Under the pieces are notes generated by a model. The model ran no database searches. It worked only from the letters and a program-made list of their open reading frames with translations, and was not told where the DNA came from. 64,000 nucleotides of DNA from Candidatus Krumholzibacteriia bacterium (lineage in GTDB: Bacteria; Krumholzibacteriota; Krumholzibacteriia; Krumholzibacteriales; Krumholzibacteriaceae), in contig CAWIIQ010000001.1 in NCBI GenBank assembly GCA_963836185.1, positions 1,049,424 through 1,113,423 of the forward strand, written 5' to 3'. Below, piece by piece: positions 22,117 through 32,726 of this stretch. The translations under genes were made by a program, and so were the position numbers. Numbering within the stretch: the stretch's first letter is position 1; every line of letters starts with the position of its first letter.

Positions 22117-22830
22117 ATGGCAATGATCACGTTCAGGATCAATCGTTTCAATCCGGACGATGAGCGTCGGGGTCACTACATGCAGGAGTATCAGCTCGAC
22201 GTGGAGAAGGGCACGACACTCCTCGACGCTCTCAACGAGATAAAGTGGAAACAGGACGGGACACTGACCTTCAGGCGCTCGTGCCGGAGCGGTATCTGCG
22301 GCTCATGCGCGATGACGATCAACGGGGTCAACAACCTCGCGTGCGAGACACAGGTGCTCGAGCTCGGAGGATCGACGATCACCGTCGAGCCGATGCGCGG
22401 TTATCCCGTCATCAAGGACCTCGTGGTCTCTCTCGACCCGCTGGTGCGGGGCCTGCTCGCGGTGAAGCCATGGCTGATCACCCACTCGCCCCCTTCGAGC
22501 GATCAGGAGAGGCTCCAGTCCCCTGAGGAGAGGGAGAAGATCGACGGCCTTTACGAGTGCATACTATGCGGTTCGTGCACATCGTCTTGTCCCTCGTTCT
22601 GGGCCGACAAGGAGTATGTCGGACCTCACGCCTTCCTCAAGGCTTACAGGTTCGTAGCGGATACCAGGGATGAGGGCAGCGCCGAGCACCTCAAGGCTCT
22701 CGATGACAGGCACGGGCTGTGGCGGTGCCACACGATCTTCAACTGTGTCGAGGCATGCCCGAAGGACCTCAACCCAACGAAGGCGATTTCCGAGCTGAAA
22801 AAGGAGCTTGTCAGGCGCAGGCTCGGGTAA
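22117..22830 (+). CDS. sdhB: succinate dehydrogenase iron-sulfur subunit
   Basis: 2Fe-2S CRSGICGSC, 4Fe-4S CILCGSCTSSCP and 3Fe-4S CHTIFNCVEACP motifs. ATG 22117 after aaaggagg. Confidence 0.9.
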   Translation: MAMITFRINRFNPDDERRGHYMQEYQLDVEKGTTLLDALNEIKWKQDGTLTFRRSCRSGICGSCAMTINGVNNLACETQVLELGGSTITVEPMRGYPVIKDLVVSLDPLVRGLLAVKPWLITHSPPSSDQERLQSPEEREKIDGLYECILCGSCTSSCPSFWADKEYVGPHAFLKAYRFVADTRDEGSAEHLKALDDRHGLWRCHTIFNCVEACPKDLNPTKAISELKKELVRRRLG

Positions 22831-22861
22831 GGGACCCGGAAATCGGTCAGATCGTATCAAT

Positions 22862-22893
22862 GGACGGCGGCCTCGCGCCGCCGTCCTTCTTTT
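22862..22893 (+). terminator. rho-independent terminator after sdhB (ggacggcggc-ctcg-cgccgccgtcc + ttctttt)
   Basis: GC-rich 10-bp stem followed by a T-tract, 32 nt after the sdhB stop. Confidence 0.6.
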
Positions 22894-23006
22894 GAGTGGA
22901 ACCTTCCCGCGTGTTGAAATATAATCCTTCAAACGAATTCAGAGACTCGCCGGAGCGATTTGCGGGATCGTCCGGGCGATCTTCCGGAGGATAAAAGGAG
23001 GAACCG

Positions 23007-23993
23007 ATGTCAGGCTTCACACGTAGAACCTTTCTGAAGATGTCCGCGGCTCTCGGAGCGGCAGGCGGCCTTATCCCGGCAGGCCGGCTCTTCGCGGCGG
23101 CTCAGGGCAGCGGTGCTCAGGGCGGCCCCGTTGTGATATCGACATGGCCCCACGGGGTGCCGGCCAATGACGCGGCCTGGAAGGTCCTGTCTGCTGGAGG
23201 GACATCACTCGACGCGGTCGAGATGGGAGTACGTGTTCCCGAGGCTGATCCCGGTGTGCGGAGTGTCGGATACGGCGGACTTCCCGACGAGGATTGCAGG
23301 GTGACACTGGATGCCTGCATAATGGGGCCGGACGGCAACTGCGGTTCAACGGCATTCGTAGAGGGGTACATGCATCCTATATCGATTGCCCGCAGGGTGA
23401 TGGAGGATACCGATCACGTGATGATCGTCGGCGGCGGCGCGGAGGAATTCGCCCGGAAGGTCGGGTTTGCCCGCGAAGACCTCCTGACTGAAGAGGCCAG
23501 GAAGGCCTGGGTCAAGTGGAAGTCGGGGATGGGCGACGGGGACGACTGGTTCCCCGGCGGCGAAGAGAACCATGACACGATCGGAATGGTCGCGCTCGAT
23601 GCGGCAGGGAACCTCTCAGGCGCGTGCACTACTTCCGGCCTTGCCTGGAAGATCCACGGACGGGTGGGCGATTCGCCGATAATCGGCGCCGGGATGTATG
23701 TCGATAACGAGGTCGGCGCGGCCGCGGCGACAGGCAGGGGCGAGGCCGTTATCAAGACCTGCGGCAGTTTTCTCGTCGTGGAGAACATGCGCAGCGGGAT
23801 GTCGCCCGGGGATGCATGCAGGGCGGCCGTAGAGAGGATATCAGAGAAGCACGGCGGCAAGGCCGATTTCCAGGTCGGCTATATCGCGCTCAGTAAAAAG
23901 GGAGAGACAGGAGCATTCTCTCTCTCCGACGGGTTCTCGTATGCTCTGGCGAGAGACGGAAAGAACGAGTTACTTACAGCGGAACATATCTAG
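23007..23993 (+). CDS. Ntn-hydrolase of the asparaginase_2 family (isoaspartyl peptidase / glycosylasparaginase-like) with Tat signal
   Basis: Twin-arginine leader RRTFLKMSAALGAAGG. Autoproteolytic HDTIGMVALD Thr nucleophile context. GAGMYVDNEVGAAAATGRGE. Confidence 0.75.
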   Translation: MSGFTRRTFLKMSAALGAAGGLIPAGRLFAAAQGSGAQGGPVVISTWPHGVPANDAAWKVLSAGGTSLDAVEMGVRVPEADPGVRSVGYGGLPDEDCRVTLDACIMGPDGNCGSTAFVEGYMHPISIARRVMEDTDHVMIVGGGAEEFARKVGFAREDLLTEEARKAWVKWKSGMGDGDDWFPGGEENHDTIGMVALDAAGNLSGACTTSGLAWKIHGRVGDSPIIGAGMYVDNEVGAAAATGRGEAVIKTCGSFLVVENMRSGMSPGDACRAAVERISEKHGGKADFQVGYIALSKKGETGAFSLSDGFSYALARDGKNELLTAEHI

Positions 23994-24029
23994 TCGAATG
24001 ATGGATGATGAATATAGAAAGGGGAGAAT

Positions 24030-24803
24030 GTGGCTTCCATGACAGGATCGGGCGGATTATTCAGGACGGCACTGGCGGTGGCTGCCCTCGCGGCGCTGAT
24101 CGCATCGTGCTCCGGGAGTGTTAAGAACCCGGAGGCAGCCGTCGACAGGATGCTCAAGGCATACGGCGGAGTGAAGAACCTTCCCCTGATTACTACCTTC
24201 GAGGGCAGGGGTTTCAGGAAACAGATTCCTGAAGGGCAGGTCGCGACAAACTACCCTTTCGATATCTTCCAGAGAAAGCTTGAGTACAAGACCAGGACGT
24301 ACAGGATCCTCGACGGCAGGATCGTCGAACTTCAGATCCTTATAGTAAATAATAACGAGAATTTCATCTGGACGCTGGGGTCAGGCGCTTCAGAGGTCCC
24401 CGAATGGGAAGTCGAATTGATCGCATACAGGTTTCCCATGATCCTCGACAAGCTCAGCGCCGGGGGACTCGAACTCAAGCGCGTAGAGAGTGAGTACTGG
24501 GACGGCATGTATCACATCGGGTTCGAAGAGGGAGATAACATCGTCGATGTCGGCCTCGATGAGAAGTCATTCCATGTCAGGCAGATCTCTGTCAGGAGCC
24601 TGGCGAATCCGGACTTCTCCTTCAAAGAGGAGTACGGAGACTATGTCAAGACAGACGGCATCTGGTTTCCCAACAGGTTTATCGGATACTTCAAGGATGA
24701 CGAATATTTCGAATTTCTCATCCCGGTCGTTCGATTCGGCAATGAATTCCCGGACGATTTCTTCACGGTGATGGAGAGTGATACTGCGACCGCGATGCCT
24801 TAG
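24030..24803 (+). CDS. hypothetical lipoprotein
   Basis: Signal peptide with lipobox (LIASCSGS). No recognised domain. Confidence 0.5.
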   Translation: MASMTGSGGLFRTALAVAALAALIASCSGSVKNPEAAVDRMLKAYGGVKNLPLITTFEGRGFRKQIPEGQVATNYPFDIFQRKLEYKTRTYRILDGRIVELQILIVNNNENFIWTLGSGASEVPEWEVELIAYRFPMILDKLSAGGLELKRVESEYWDGMYHIGFEEGDNIVDVGLDEKSFHVRQISVRSLANPDFSFKEEYGDYVKTDGIWFPNRFIGYFKDDEYFEFLIPVVRFGNEFPDDFFTVMESDTATAMP

Positions 24804-24996
24804 CACGCAAACTGCACTTATCGCGGCAGTTACAATCCTCAAAACCCGGTCCGCGAACCCCGCTGACCGGGTTTCCTTTGGCATATAAAATGCAAAGCTT
24901 CCTCACAACGGGGCAGCTCCGGAAGCGAGCGTCCCGACTGGGGGAAATTGCAGGGATTCGGGCTTTTCCGGATAGACATCTTACGGAAGGACACCG

Positions 24997-25437
24997 GTGG
25001 AAAAGCGGATTCGGTCGTCTCATATCGTAATACTTACAGCTGTATCATGCCTGCTGCTCGCGTGTGTCATCACGTCACCCGTCCTGTTTGTCAGCGCGGA
25101 GTCGAGAAACGGGGATCCCGCCGCTGAGGCGTCGATACTTGCCGAGAGGCATCTCGACAGGGCTATGGAAGAGATGAAGCGGACAGGAGTCTGCTCCGCC
25201 GAGGGACGCACCGTGACATGCGACGATGACGGCGGCGCCGTCTACCAGCTCGACACCAGGATCGTACGCGGGGATTCCGGTGAAGTCAGCAGGGTATCGG
25301 TCCGGGTGAGGTGGAAGGGACCTCTGGGCGGAGGAGCAGTCGTGGCGACAGGCGTCTGCGCAGAGTCATCCGGATATGACCGGGCCTCGATGAGCGGCGC
25401 TCCTTCCGGCGATGAGTTGTCGCGCAACGACCGTTAA
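24997..25437 (+). CDS. hypothetical secreted/membrane-anchored protein
   Basis: N-terminal hydrophobic segment. No recognised domain. Confidence 0.4.
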   Translation: MEKRIRSSHIVILTAVSCLLLACVITSPVLFVSAESRNGDPAAEASILAERHLDRAMEEMKRTGVCSAEGRTVTCDDDGGAVYQLDTRIVRGDSGEVSRVSVRVRWKGPLGGGAVVATGVCAESSGYDRASMSGAPSGDELSRNDR

Positions 25438-25441
25438 GTTA

Positions 25442-25978
25442 TCAGAGAAGCTCGCTGACCTTGAACAGGGACCTGAACTCGTACCCCGCGCCGGCGATCC
25501 TGTCAACGGCGCCCTCTTCCCTGTCGACGAGCACATGTACCGCGGCGATCTCGCCGCCCCCGGCTTCCACGGCTTCGGCGGCCCTCAGAAGTGAGCCACC
25601 CGTGGTGACGACATCCTCGACTATTATGATCTTCATTCCCTCTTCGAGTTTTCCCTCGACGAGTTTCTGCGTTCCGTGGCCCTTTGCTTCCTTCCTTATG
25701 AGAAAGCCTTCCTTCTCTTCGCCCCGCTCGGCGGATAGAGCGAGAAGCGCCCCGATGATCGGGTCGGCGCCTATGACGGGGCCCGCGAAGCCGTCGTATT
25801 CAAGATCGCTGAGGCTCTCGAGCAGGAGCTTCGCCGAGAGGTTCAACCCCATCGAGTGCAGGGTCGTCATCTTCCCGTTGATGTAGTAGGTGCTTTTCTT
25901 GCCCGAGACGAGCGTGAAATCACCTTTGAGTATCGAACGCTCGATCAGGATCCTCTTGAGTTCTTCCCTGTCGCTCAA
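25442..25978 (-). CDS. pyrE: orotate phosphoribosyltransferase
   Basis: PRPP-binding motif IIIVEDVVTTGGS, GDFTLVSGKKSTYYIN. 178 aa. Confidence 0.85.
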   Translation of the reverse strand: MSDREELKRILIERSILKGDFTLVSGKKSTYYINGKMTTLHSMGLNLSAKLLLESLSDLEYDGFAGPVIGADPIIGALLALSAERGEEKEGFLIRKEAKGHGTQKLVEGKLEEGMKIIIVEDVVTTGGSLLRAAEAVEAGGGEIAAVHVLVDREEGAVDRIAGAGYEFRSLFKVSELL

Positions 25979-26000
25979 TGTCGCCTCCGTCCTTATTGAC

Positions 26001-26642
26001 TCAGTCGTCAGTGTAAAAGGATATTCCCAGAGTGATCTGGAAAAAGTGCGCGTAGTCTTTGCCGGTATATATCCAGACCGGCTGCCTGTAGTCTGTGCCG
26101 GTCCACATGTAGTGCCATTTTCCCCCGAGGCCGAGATGGATCCCGCCCTTTGAGAGCCTCCACCATATCTCGCCTCCCGCGTAGACTCCGGGCTGGTTGT
26201 ACGTGATCCGCCCCTCTCCCGAGAATCCCATCTGGATCGAAGATGTGCTGGTATAGAGCCCGCCGCCCAGTTCGCCGCTGACCCTTAACTTCTTCGACAG
26301 GTCGGCCTTCGTCATAAGGCAGCCGGTGACGGAATAGACCATGAAATCGACCGTCTGCTGGATGCCGAGATACTCGAGATCCTTGTCGGGCAGCAGCGAA
26401 TTTCCAAAATCCGATCCCGACAGGGCAATACCGAGGGCGGATGATGTCGAGAGTCCGTGGTAGAAATAGATCTCGAGCTCGCTTCCCGATCCGAAGGCCT
26501 CGTCGAGCCCCGATGTGCTGTGGATCCCGCCTATCCTGAGTCCCAGGATCTCCCTGCCCTTGATACTCTCGCCGCCTTCCGCCGGAAGGCTCGATGAGAG
26601 CACTGATGCCAGGATCGATGCTGTCAATGCAACACGTTTCAT
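26001..26642 (-). CDS. hypothetical outer-membrane beta-barrel-like protein with signal peptide
   Basis: N-terminal signal (MKRVALTASILASVLSS). Alternating amphipathic strands. Aromatic near C-terminus. Confidence 0.45.
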   Translation of the reverse strand: MKRVALTASILASVLSSSLPAEGGESIKGREILGLRIGGIHSTSGLDEAFGSGSELEIYFYHGLSTSSALGIALSGSDFGNSLLPDKDLEYLGIQQTVDFMVYSVTGCLMTKADLSKKLRVSGELGGGLYTSTSSIQMGFSGEGRITYNQPGVYAGGEIWWRLSKGGIHLGLGGKWHYMWTGTDYRQPVWIYTGKDYAHFFQITLGISFYTDD

Positions 26643-26699
26643 GTGTTTAAGATAGCATTCATGTAGTGGGCGGGCGAGAAAAAAAGTCTGATGGAGAGG

Positions 26700-28697
26700 C
26701 TATCGGAGGAGGACCAGCTTCGTCATGCCGACCATTTTCCCGCTGTCGAAGACTGCGGCGGCATAGATGCCCGATGCGACAGGCCGGCCACTGTCGGCCC
26801 TGCCGTTCCATACGACCGAACCGGTCCCGTCGGCTGACGACATCACGGTCCTCGTATGGATGCGTTTTCCGGCTATGGAGAAAACGACTACTTCTATAAG
26901 GCTGCCGGGGCTGGCCGTAAAGGAGATCGTCGTAGCGGGATTGAACGGGTTGGGCGAGCATGAGACCTCTGCCGGCGGCAGAGGCGCCGCGTCGCTTTCC
27001 TGACGGGAAGCAGCCGCATCCGCCGTCTCTTCCTGCAGGGTCAGGTCGCTGGAAACGGGAGGAGTGGAACCGTAGGGTGGAGGGAAGGGAAGTTCCTTTA
27101 TAGCATCGACATTGATGTGCCCCATCGGCGCCGAGCAGTGGTCGACGATCTCGAGGTAGAACTCATGGCCCATATAGGGTTCGAGATTCCAGATCCGCTT
27201 ATCCATCAGTTCGATGCCGCGCCCCGTTTCGCTGTATATCGTTTCTCCCGAGACGGCGTCGATCATCGCTATGTAGCATGAATCGGGGTAAGCTCCTCCG
27301 CCTACGAGAAGACTCATCGAGCGTCCCGTCACGGTGAATACGGTCGAACGGATAGAGCCCCTCGGACCGTCTCCCTGGCGGGATCCAGGTCTGTATCCGA
27401 AGATCGGCCCGTCGAATCTCTCGGCCGTTCCGATCCACCAGTTTCCCTCGAATCCGACCTTTGTGGTGTCGTCGCCGCGGAAAGCGTACGCGTCTCCGAA
27501 TACGGGCTGGTGATCGAACGCGTCTCCATCGAGGATCGTCCAGTCTCCGAGTGGAGCTTCAAGTTTGACAACGGCATGGTCGCCGCTCCATGTCAGGGTG
27601 TCGAATCTGATCGAGTAGACATTGTCATTCGTGTAGTCGAGGTACGAGGTATGCCTCGATATTATTTCCGCTCCCGTAGGTGTTCGTGTGATCTCCGCCG
27701 CGTGGCCGAAATCGATGACCGACCTGTAGATGACGTTCCACCCGCTTGTCAGGGAATCGGAAAACATGTGGGAGACGCCTCCGACGCCTTCTTCGGTAAA
27801 GAAGAGGTGGTATTTACCCTCGCGCTTGAGGACAAAAGTACTCTCCAGCAGGTGCCAGTTGTCGTGAACGTACATCGGTCCCGTGTCGTTCCACGAGAAT
27901 CTGCCGTCTCCGCTCGTGAGAGCCACGGCGCCGTAATCATACTTTGTCCTGGTAGTCTGCGTGAGATAGCAGCCGGTCTCATCCTCGAAGAAGTTAGGGT
28001 CCCGGAAATGGCAGTACTCGTCAACGGCCCAGTTGCACCAGGAAGAATCGCACGCAAACGGTTCGATAAGCTCTTCCTGCGCCTTGGTCCATTGAAAAAG
28101 GTCGCCGTTGGAGTAGGCTATCCCTGTCTGCTGGGCCGACGCGGAGTTTACACCTGTATAGAACATGAGGTAGTAGCCGTCCGTTCCCTCGAGCGGGATC
28201 ACACACGGCGCCCATATATCACGTGAGTCCCATGCGCCCGGTTCTCCTCTCGAGAGCACAGGTTCATGGAACGTCCAGCGGACCAGGTCGGTAGAGGTGG
28301 CATGCCCGAAGGTTCGTTCGTTGGCGACGATATAGAAGATATGATATACGCCGTCGGCCATCACTATTGTGTGATCCTTGACGTCCTGGTCGGGGTTGTA
28401 CAATACGGGGCCCTCGAAATCAAAGAAGACCATCGCTTCCGGATCGCCGGGGACAAAGGTGTCTCCCATCGAGCGGTCAGACCGGTGCTTCTTGTCGAAG
28501 TCGACGGCGTTTTCGGTCGCTCCGGCGGGGACAGCCGAAAGAAGGACCGATGCCGCGACAAGGGTGAGGGTCGTCTGGAATCGTGATCTGATAATGTGTG
28601 TCATAATATAAAAAGTGACCCGGGTCAGGGCATGGCAGACCCGGGTCTGTGGGACTATCATGTCCCGGATTATTTTCCTATAGTCAGATCCGTTCAA
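26700..28697 (-). CDS. secreted glycoside-hydrolase-like 5-bladed beta-propeller protein (GH43/GH32-like) with T9SS C-terminal sorting domain
   Basis: Signal peptide. Propeller-type motifs (DPEAMVFFDFEGP, WAPCVIPLEGTDGYYLMFYTG). C-terminal SPNPFNPATTISF...VWNGRADSGRPVASGIYAAAV matches the Por/T9SS CTD pattern. Confidence 0.6.
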   Translation of the reverse strand: MNGSDYRKIIRDMIVPQTRVCHALTRVTFYIMTHIIRSRFQTTLTLVAASVLLSAVPAGATENAVDFDKKHRSDRSMGDTFVPGDPEAMVFFDFEGPVLYNPDQDVKDHTIVMADGVYHIFYIVANERTFGHATSTDLVRWTFHEPVLSRGEPGAWDSRDIWAPCVIPLEGTDGYYLMFYTGVNSASAQQTGIAYSNGDLFQWTKAQEELIEPFACDSSWCNWAVDEYCHFRDPNFFEDETGCYLTQTTRTKYDYGAVALTSGDGRFSWNDTGPMYVHDNWHLLESTFVLKREGKYHLFFTEEGVGGVSHMFSDSLTSGWNVIYRSVIDFGHAAEITRTPTGAEIISRHTSYLDYTNDNVYSIRFDTLTWSGDHAVVKLEAPLGDWTILDGDAFDHQPVFGDAYAFRGDDTTKVGFEGNWWIGTAERFDGPIFGYRPGSRQGDGPRGSIRSTVFTVTGRSMSLLVGGGAYPDSCYIAMIDAVSGETIYSETGRGIELMDKRIWNLEPYMGHEFYLEIVDHCSAPMGHINVDAIKELPFPPPYGSTPPVSSDLTLQEETADAAASRQESDAAPLPPAEVSCSPNPFNPATTISFTASPGSLIEVVVFSIAGKRIHTRTVMSSADGTGSVVWNGRADSGRPVASGIYAAAVFDSGKMVGMTKLVLLR

Positions 28698-28731
28698 TCC
28701 TGAGCTCCCTCTCCGGAGGCGCAGGCAGGTA

Positions 28732-29964
28732 TCACCTCAGCAGGATCATCTTGCGGGTGAGGACCTCTTTGCCTATCTGCAGCCTGCAGTAGTACACGCC
28801 TGAAGGTATCGACCTTCCAGAGGAGAGAGCCGGATTCCATACATAGGTGTGGTCACCGGCGGATCTATTTCCGAGATCGTGCCTGGCGACCGTCTTGCCC
28901 GACACGTCGTAGAACACCATCGTCACCCGGGTGCCTGATTCGGCCGATCCGACCGTGAACGGGATCGTGGTCGCCGGGTTGAAGGGATTCGGGTAGTTCT
29001 GGCCCATGGAACTCGGCACTCCGGGCACCCCGGAAGCCAGCATCGGCCCGACGATCGCCGGGTCATCGGTACCCAGCTCGACGAGCCAGTAGTACCTGTC
29101 GACCAGCGGATCATCGCATTCATCGAACCAGCTGAAACTCGTTATGCCGTAGACCGGTTCAGTGTTTCTCCTCATTGCGGAAGCAAGGTCGGGGCTGTCG
29201 CCGCGGTAGATATCAAATCCGGTAGTCTCGCCGCAGCAGTACGCGACCCAGGAGAGGACCACGCCGCCATTGACCCTTTCGCATACTGCCGTCGTGACCT
29301 GAACGGCAGTAACAGGGATCAACTCGAGTGATACCTGTTCGGAAGTGCCGGAGGCGGTCATGATGCCGCTGACTTCCGCGCTCCTGTATCCGGGGGCGCT
29401 GGCCTGAACGGTAAATTCGCCTTCGGGCAGGTTCGAGAAATCGAAATTCTTGTCGTTGAAACATGAGCAGGACATGACGTGGCCGTCGGCCGTGCTGATC
29501 AGGTTTACGACGGCCCCGGCCGGAACACCGGGCTGATCCGACTCGAGGATGCCCTCGATGACCGCGTCGGGCCTGTCGAGCCAGTACTCATATGTGGAAT
29601 CGTTGAATGAGAAATACCAGTACCCGCTGTCGGGCAGGACCGCGACTATCGACGGGGGGCTCCAGTCGTATGCGGCTGTTCCCCAGCCCTCTGTGAACGA
29701 CCAGCCCCAGTGCATGGGCAGGTACGATCCATCCGCGGTGAATTTGAAGTATATCGTGTCGGGGTCGCCCGGCTCATTAATCAGCTTGAGCTTTCGCCAG
29801 ACGTTATCGCCGATCGGATCCATGTTGTTTTCTGCGTCATCCGGCTCACATGTGATTCCGGCGAAATTGCCGACCAACTGTATCGAACTGAATTCCTGGG
29901 CTTGCGCCCCGGCTGCAGATAGAAAAAGGCTGCCGACGAGCAGCATGCCTGTAAGAAGATTCAT
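28732..29964 (-). CDS. secreted protein with carboxypeptidase-regulatory-like fold and T9SS C-terminal sorting domain
   Basis: Probable start at MNLLTGMLLVGSLFLSAAGAQA (the table ORF extends to 30075). C-terminal QNYPNPFNPATTIPF...YVWNPALSSGRSIPSGVYYCRL = T9SS CTD. Confidence 0.55.
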   Translation of the reverse strand: MNLLTGMLLVGSLFLSAAGAQAQEFSSIQLVGNFAGITCEPDDAENNMDPIGDNVWRKLKLINEPGDPDTIYFKFTADGSYLPMHWGWSFTEGWGTAAYDWSPPSIVAVLPDSGYWYFSFNDSTYEYWLDRPDAVIEGILESDQPGVPAGAVVNLISTADGHVMSCSCFNDKNFDFSNLPEGEFTVQASAPGYRSAEVSGIMTASGTSEQVSLELIPVTAVQVTTAVCERVNGGVVLSWVAYCCGETTGFDIYRGDSPDLASAMRRNTEPVYGITSFSWFDECDDPLVDRYYWLVELGTDDPAIVGPMLASGVPGVPSSMGQNYPNPFNPATTIPFTVGSAESGTRVTMVFYDVSGKTVARHDLGNRSAGDHTYVWNPALSSGRSIPSGVYYCRLQIGKEVLTRKMILLR

Positions 29965-30135
29965 TCTCAATTCCACACTTCCCTCAAGATGTAAAGCGCG
30001 CATTCCCGGACGAGAAGGAATGCGTCGATGTAGGTAAATTATAGCGCAGTATGCCGTTTTTGTCAATATAGACAATCAGGGACAGACTGCCATCGGGCAT
30101 TTCCATCCATCCGGACCTCTCTGACGGAACGGTTA

Positions 30136-30759
30136 TTGCAAAATTCGATTCAGAATGGCCCCAGGGCCTGCAGATATTCTGTAACATCAGATTATACAAC
30201 GGGTTCGGATTTGGATGCCCCGCCGGCCCGGTTGGATTTTGCAACCGGAGGACACGAATTGAGCGAAAAATTGATGCTTGAACCGAGGGATACCTTCGAA
30301 TCGAGGGAATTTTACATCAAGGCAGAGGCAAACATTAAAAGAAGCAATTATGCCGACGCCGTGAAATTTCTCGAGCAGGCGCTGAAGATATCGCCCGAGA
30401 ATCCCGTCTATCTCTCTACCATGGGACTGTGCGAATCGATGATGGGTGATCCGGTCAAAGGAGAGGAAAAGTGTATGCTGGCCCTGCAGCTGGCCGGCCG
30501 CGAGCGCGATCCGATGCTCTACGTCAATCTCGGACGAGTCGTGCTCGAAAGAGGCGACCGGATGAAGGCGCGGGATTACTTCACCAAGGCGTACAGGATG
30601 GACAATACCAACGCCCCCGCGGCGCTCGAGCTCTCCCGCATGGGAGTGCGCAAGAAGCCCGTGGTGCCTTTCCTTGGTCGCAACCACCCGTTGAACAAGT
30701 ACCTTGGAAGACTCAGGCACCAGCTCAAGGAAAAACGCGCCGGAGAGCTGAAGAAGTAG
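30136..30759 (+). CDS. TPR-repeat protein
   Basis: TPR-like helical repeats (AVKFLEQALKISPENPVYL..., ARDYFTKAYRMD). Start may be the internal ATG near 30276. Confidence 0.5.
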   Translation: MQNSIQNGPRACRYSVTSDYTTGSDLDAPPARLDFATGGHELSEKLMLEPRDTFESREFYIKAEANIKRSNYADAVKFLEQALKISPENPVYLSTMGLCESMMGDPVKGEEKCMLALQLAGRERDPMLYVNLGRVVLERGDRMKARDYFTKAYRMDNTNAPAALELSRMGVRKKPVVPFLGRNHPLNKYLGRLRHQLKEKRAGELKK

Positions 30760-30838
30760 TAACGTCCGTTGCTTCTTCCGGCATTATCCCGAGAATTCTC
30801 TGGCAACACCGGGCCGTACGACCTTATCATCCCCATGT

Positions 30839-32048
30839 ATGGATACTAACGGCAGATGTATACCCGTGACATTCCGGACGGTCTGGATCGCATCGTCGAT
30901 CCTGATCCCGATCCTCTGCGGCGCATGCGGCGGAAGCGGCAGTGTGCAGGACGTGATGGACTCGGGCTGGGACGAGACGAGGCGCGATGCCGATACGCGG
31001 ATACTGCTTTCTCTGGAGCGCGGCCGTTATGATGAGGTGATCAGGATCGCCGACAGCCTCGAGGCTGCCGAAGGTACCGATCCGCGGCTGCAGGGGCAGA
31101 AGGCCGAGGCCCTCTGGAGGACGGGCAGTGTGGATGAAGCGGTATCTCTCTTCGAGGAGTCGCTTCTTGCCGACTACGCTGTCTGCGAGACGCACCTGAA
31201 TTTCGCAGTCTGTCTTCTCGAGAATGGAAAGACCGGACGGGCGCTTACCGAACTGAACGAGGCGAAGATGTTCTGCGGCCTCGAAAACACCCCGGTGATA
31301 AACAGGAACCTTGCCGTTGTGAGGATAAAGATGGGTGAGGAGGAATCGGCGCTCGCTGTCGTCGACGAGGGGCTCGAATACGCTCCGAACGATTCGTACC
31401 TGCTCGGGTTGAAGGGGATGCTCATCGCCGATGCCAACCCGGTCCTCGCCGAGACTCTCTTCGTCAAGTCTGAGCGTGAGGGGGGGATGACTCCCGATTT
31501 CCTTTACCAGCTCGGGCTCCTGATGCTGAGGAGCAGCCAGCCGTCGCGCGCGGTCAAACCTCTGGAGGAAGCGCTGGCGGCGGATCCGACCGACCTTGAG
31601 GTCAAGTTCAACTACGCGGAGGCGCTGGCAAGATCGGGAAAGACAGAACAGGCCGAAGCGGTCCTCAGGGAGATGCTCGGCGGGGCGTATGAGGAGAAGG
31701 CCTTGAAAAGCCTTGCCCGCCTGATCTATCGAAAGGGTGAATACGCTGAGGCTCTGGGCCTCTTTCGCGACTCTCCCGGAGACTCCCGAGAACCTCGACC
31801 GGGTCGCGATGTGCCTTCACAGACTGTCGCGCACCGAAGAAGCGATCGTGATCCAGAGGACGGTCGTCGATGAGAGACCCGACTGGCCGACCGGCCTTAT
31901 CAATCTCGCGGTAATGCTCGCTTCGACGGGTGAACTGGACGAGTCGGAGAGGCTGCTGATGAGAGCTCTCGAACTCGATCCCGAGAACGTGACAGCCCTG
32001 GTCAATCTCGAAAGCCTCAGGGAGGCGCGAGACAAAAGCGGCCGCTGA
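30839..32048 (+). CDS. TPR-repeat lipoprotein; apparent single-base frameshift near 31775
   Basis: Table ORFs 30839..31873 and 31737..32048 are both TPR-like. They join into one continuous TPR protein if one C is removed at ...ctctttcgcgact.... Confidence 0.55.
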
Positions 32049-32312
32049 AGCCCTTTTATCCCCATGAGTAGATGCACTCATTCCTGGCATCGGGCCCGCG
32101 CCCGGGCCGAAGCGGCAATATCGGCCCCTCGGGGTGCCTGGTGCCTGATAGGGGGCGTAAATAATAAAAAACCATTGTTATTCACCTCCCCTGTCTTATA
32201 GTATGCTTTGTCGAACAGGAAACAATCCTCCTCCGGCTGACGTAAGATGAAGTGAGGATTCCAAAAGCGGAGGTAGACATCATGTACTGCCAGCATTGCG
32301 GTAAAGAAGCGA

Positions 32313-32711
32313 GTGAAGAGAAGCGCGTACTGCGAAAACTGCGGCAGGCCCCTTGCGAAGGAGCAGCCAGCGGGCCGGAAGCTGTACGCATATGAACTGA
32401 CCCGTCTCACCGTCCCCGAGGAGACGAAAAATCCCGGGGTCGCTGCGTCGCTCGGTTTCTTTCTCGGCTGGATACTGCTCGGGCCGGTCGGCTACATCTA
32501 CCTCGGTCAATGGAACTGGTTCTGGCTTACCTTCGTGATCCAGATCTTCGCCATCCCGCTCACCGCGGGTGTGGCGTACATCCTCCTTCCCGTGATCTTC
32601 GCTATCCATCAGTACCAGATGGCGAAGGAGCTGAACGAGATGGTCGCTGACGCCAGAGAAGGCAGGCAGGACGGTCTCGATGACGACATGCCGGCTATCA
32701 TGGAGGAATGA
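32313..32711 (+). CDS. zinc-ribbon/TM protein
   Basis: CENCG zinc-ribbon half, then two hydrophobic helices. A second ribbon half (MYCQHCG) lies just upstream in another frame (32282). This may be another frameshift or a coincidental start. Confidence 0.45.
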   Translation: MKRSAYCENCGRPLAKEQPAGRKLYAYELTRLTVPEETKNPGVAASLGFFLGWILLGPVGYIYLGQWNWFWLTFVIQIFAIPLTAGVAYILLPVIFAIHQYQMAKELNEMVADAREGRQDGLDDDMPAIMEE

Positions 32712-32726
32712 GGAGAGGATGAGCTC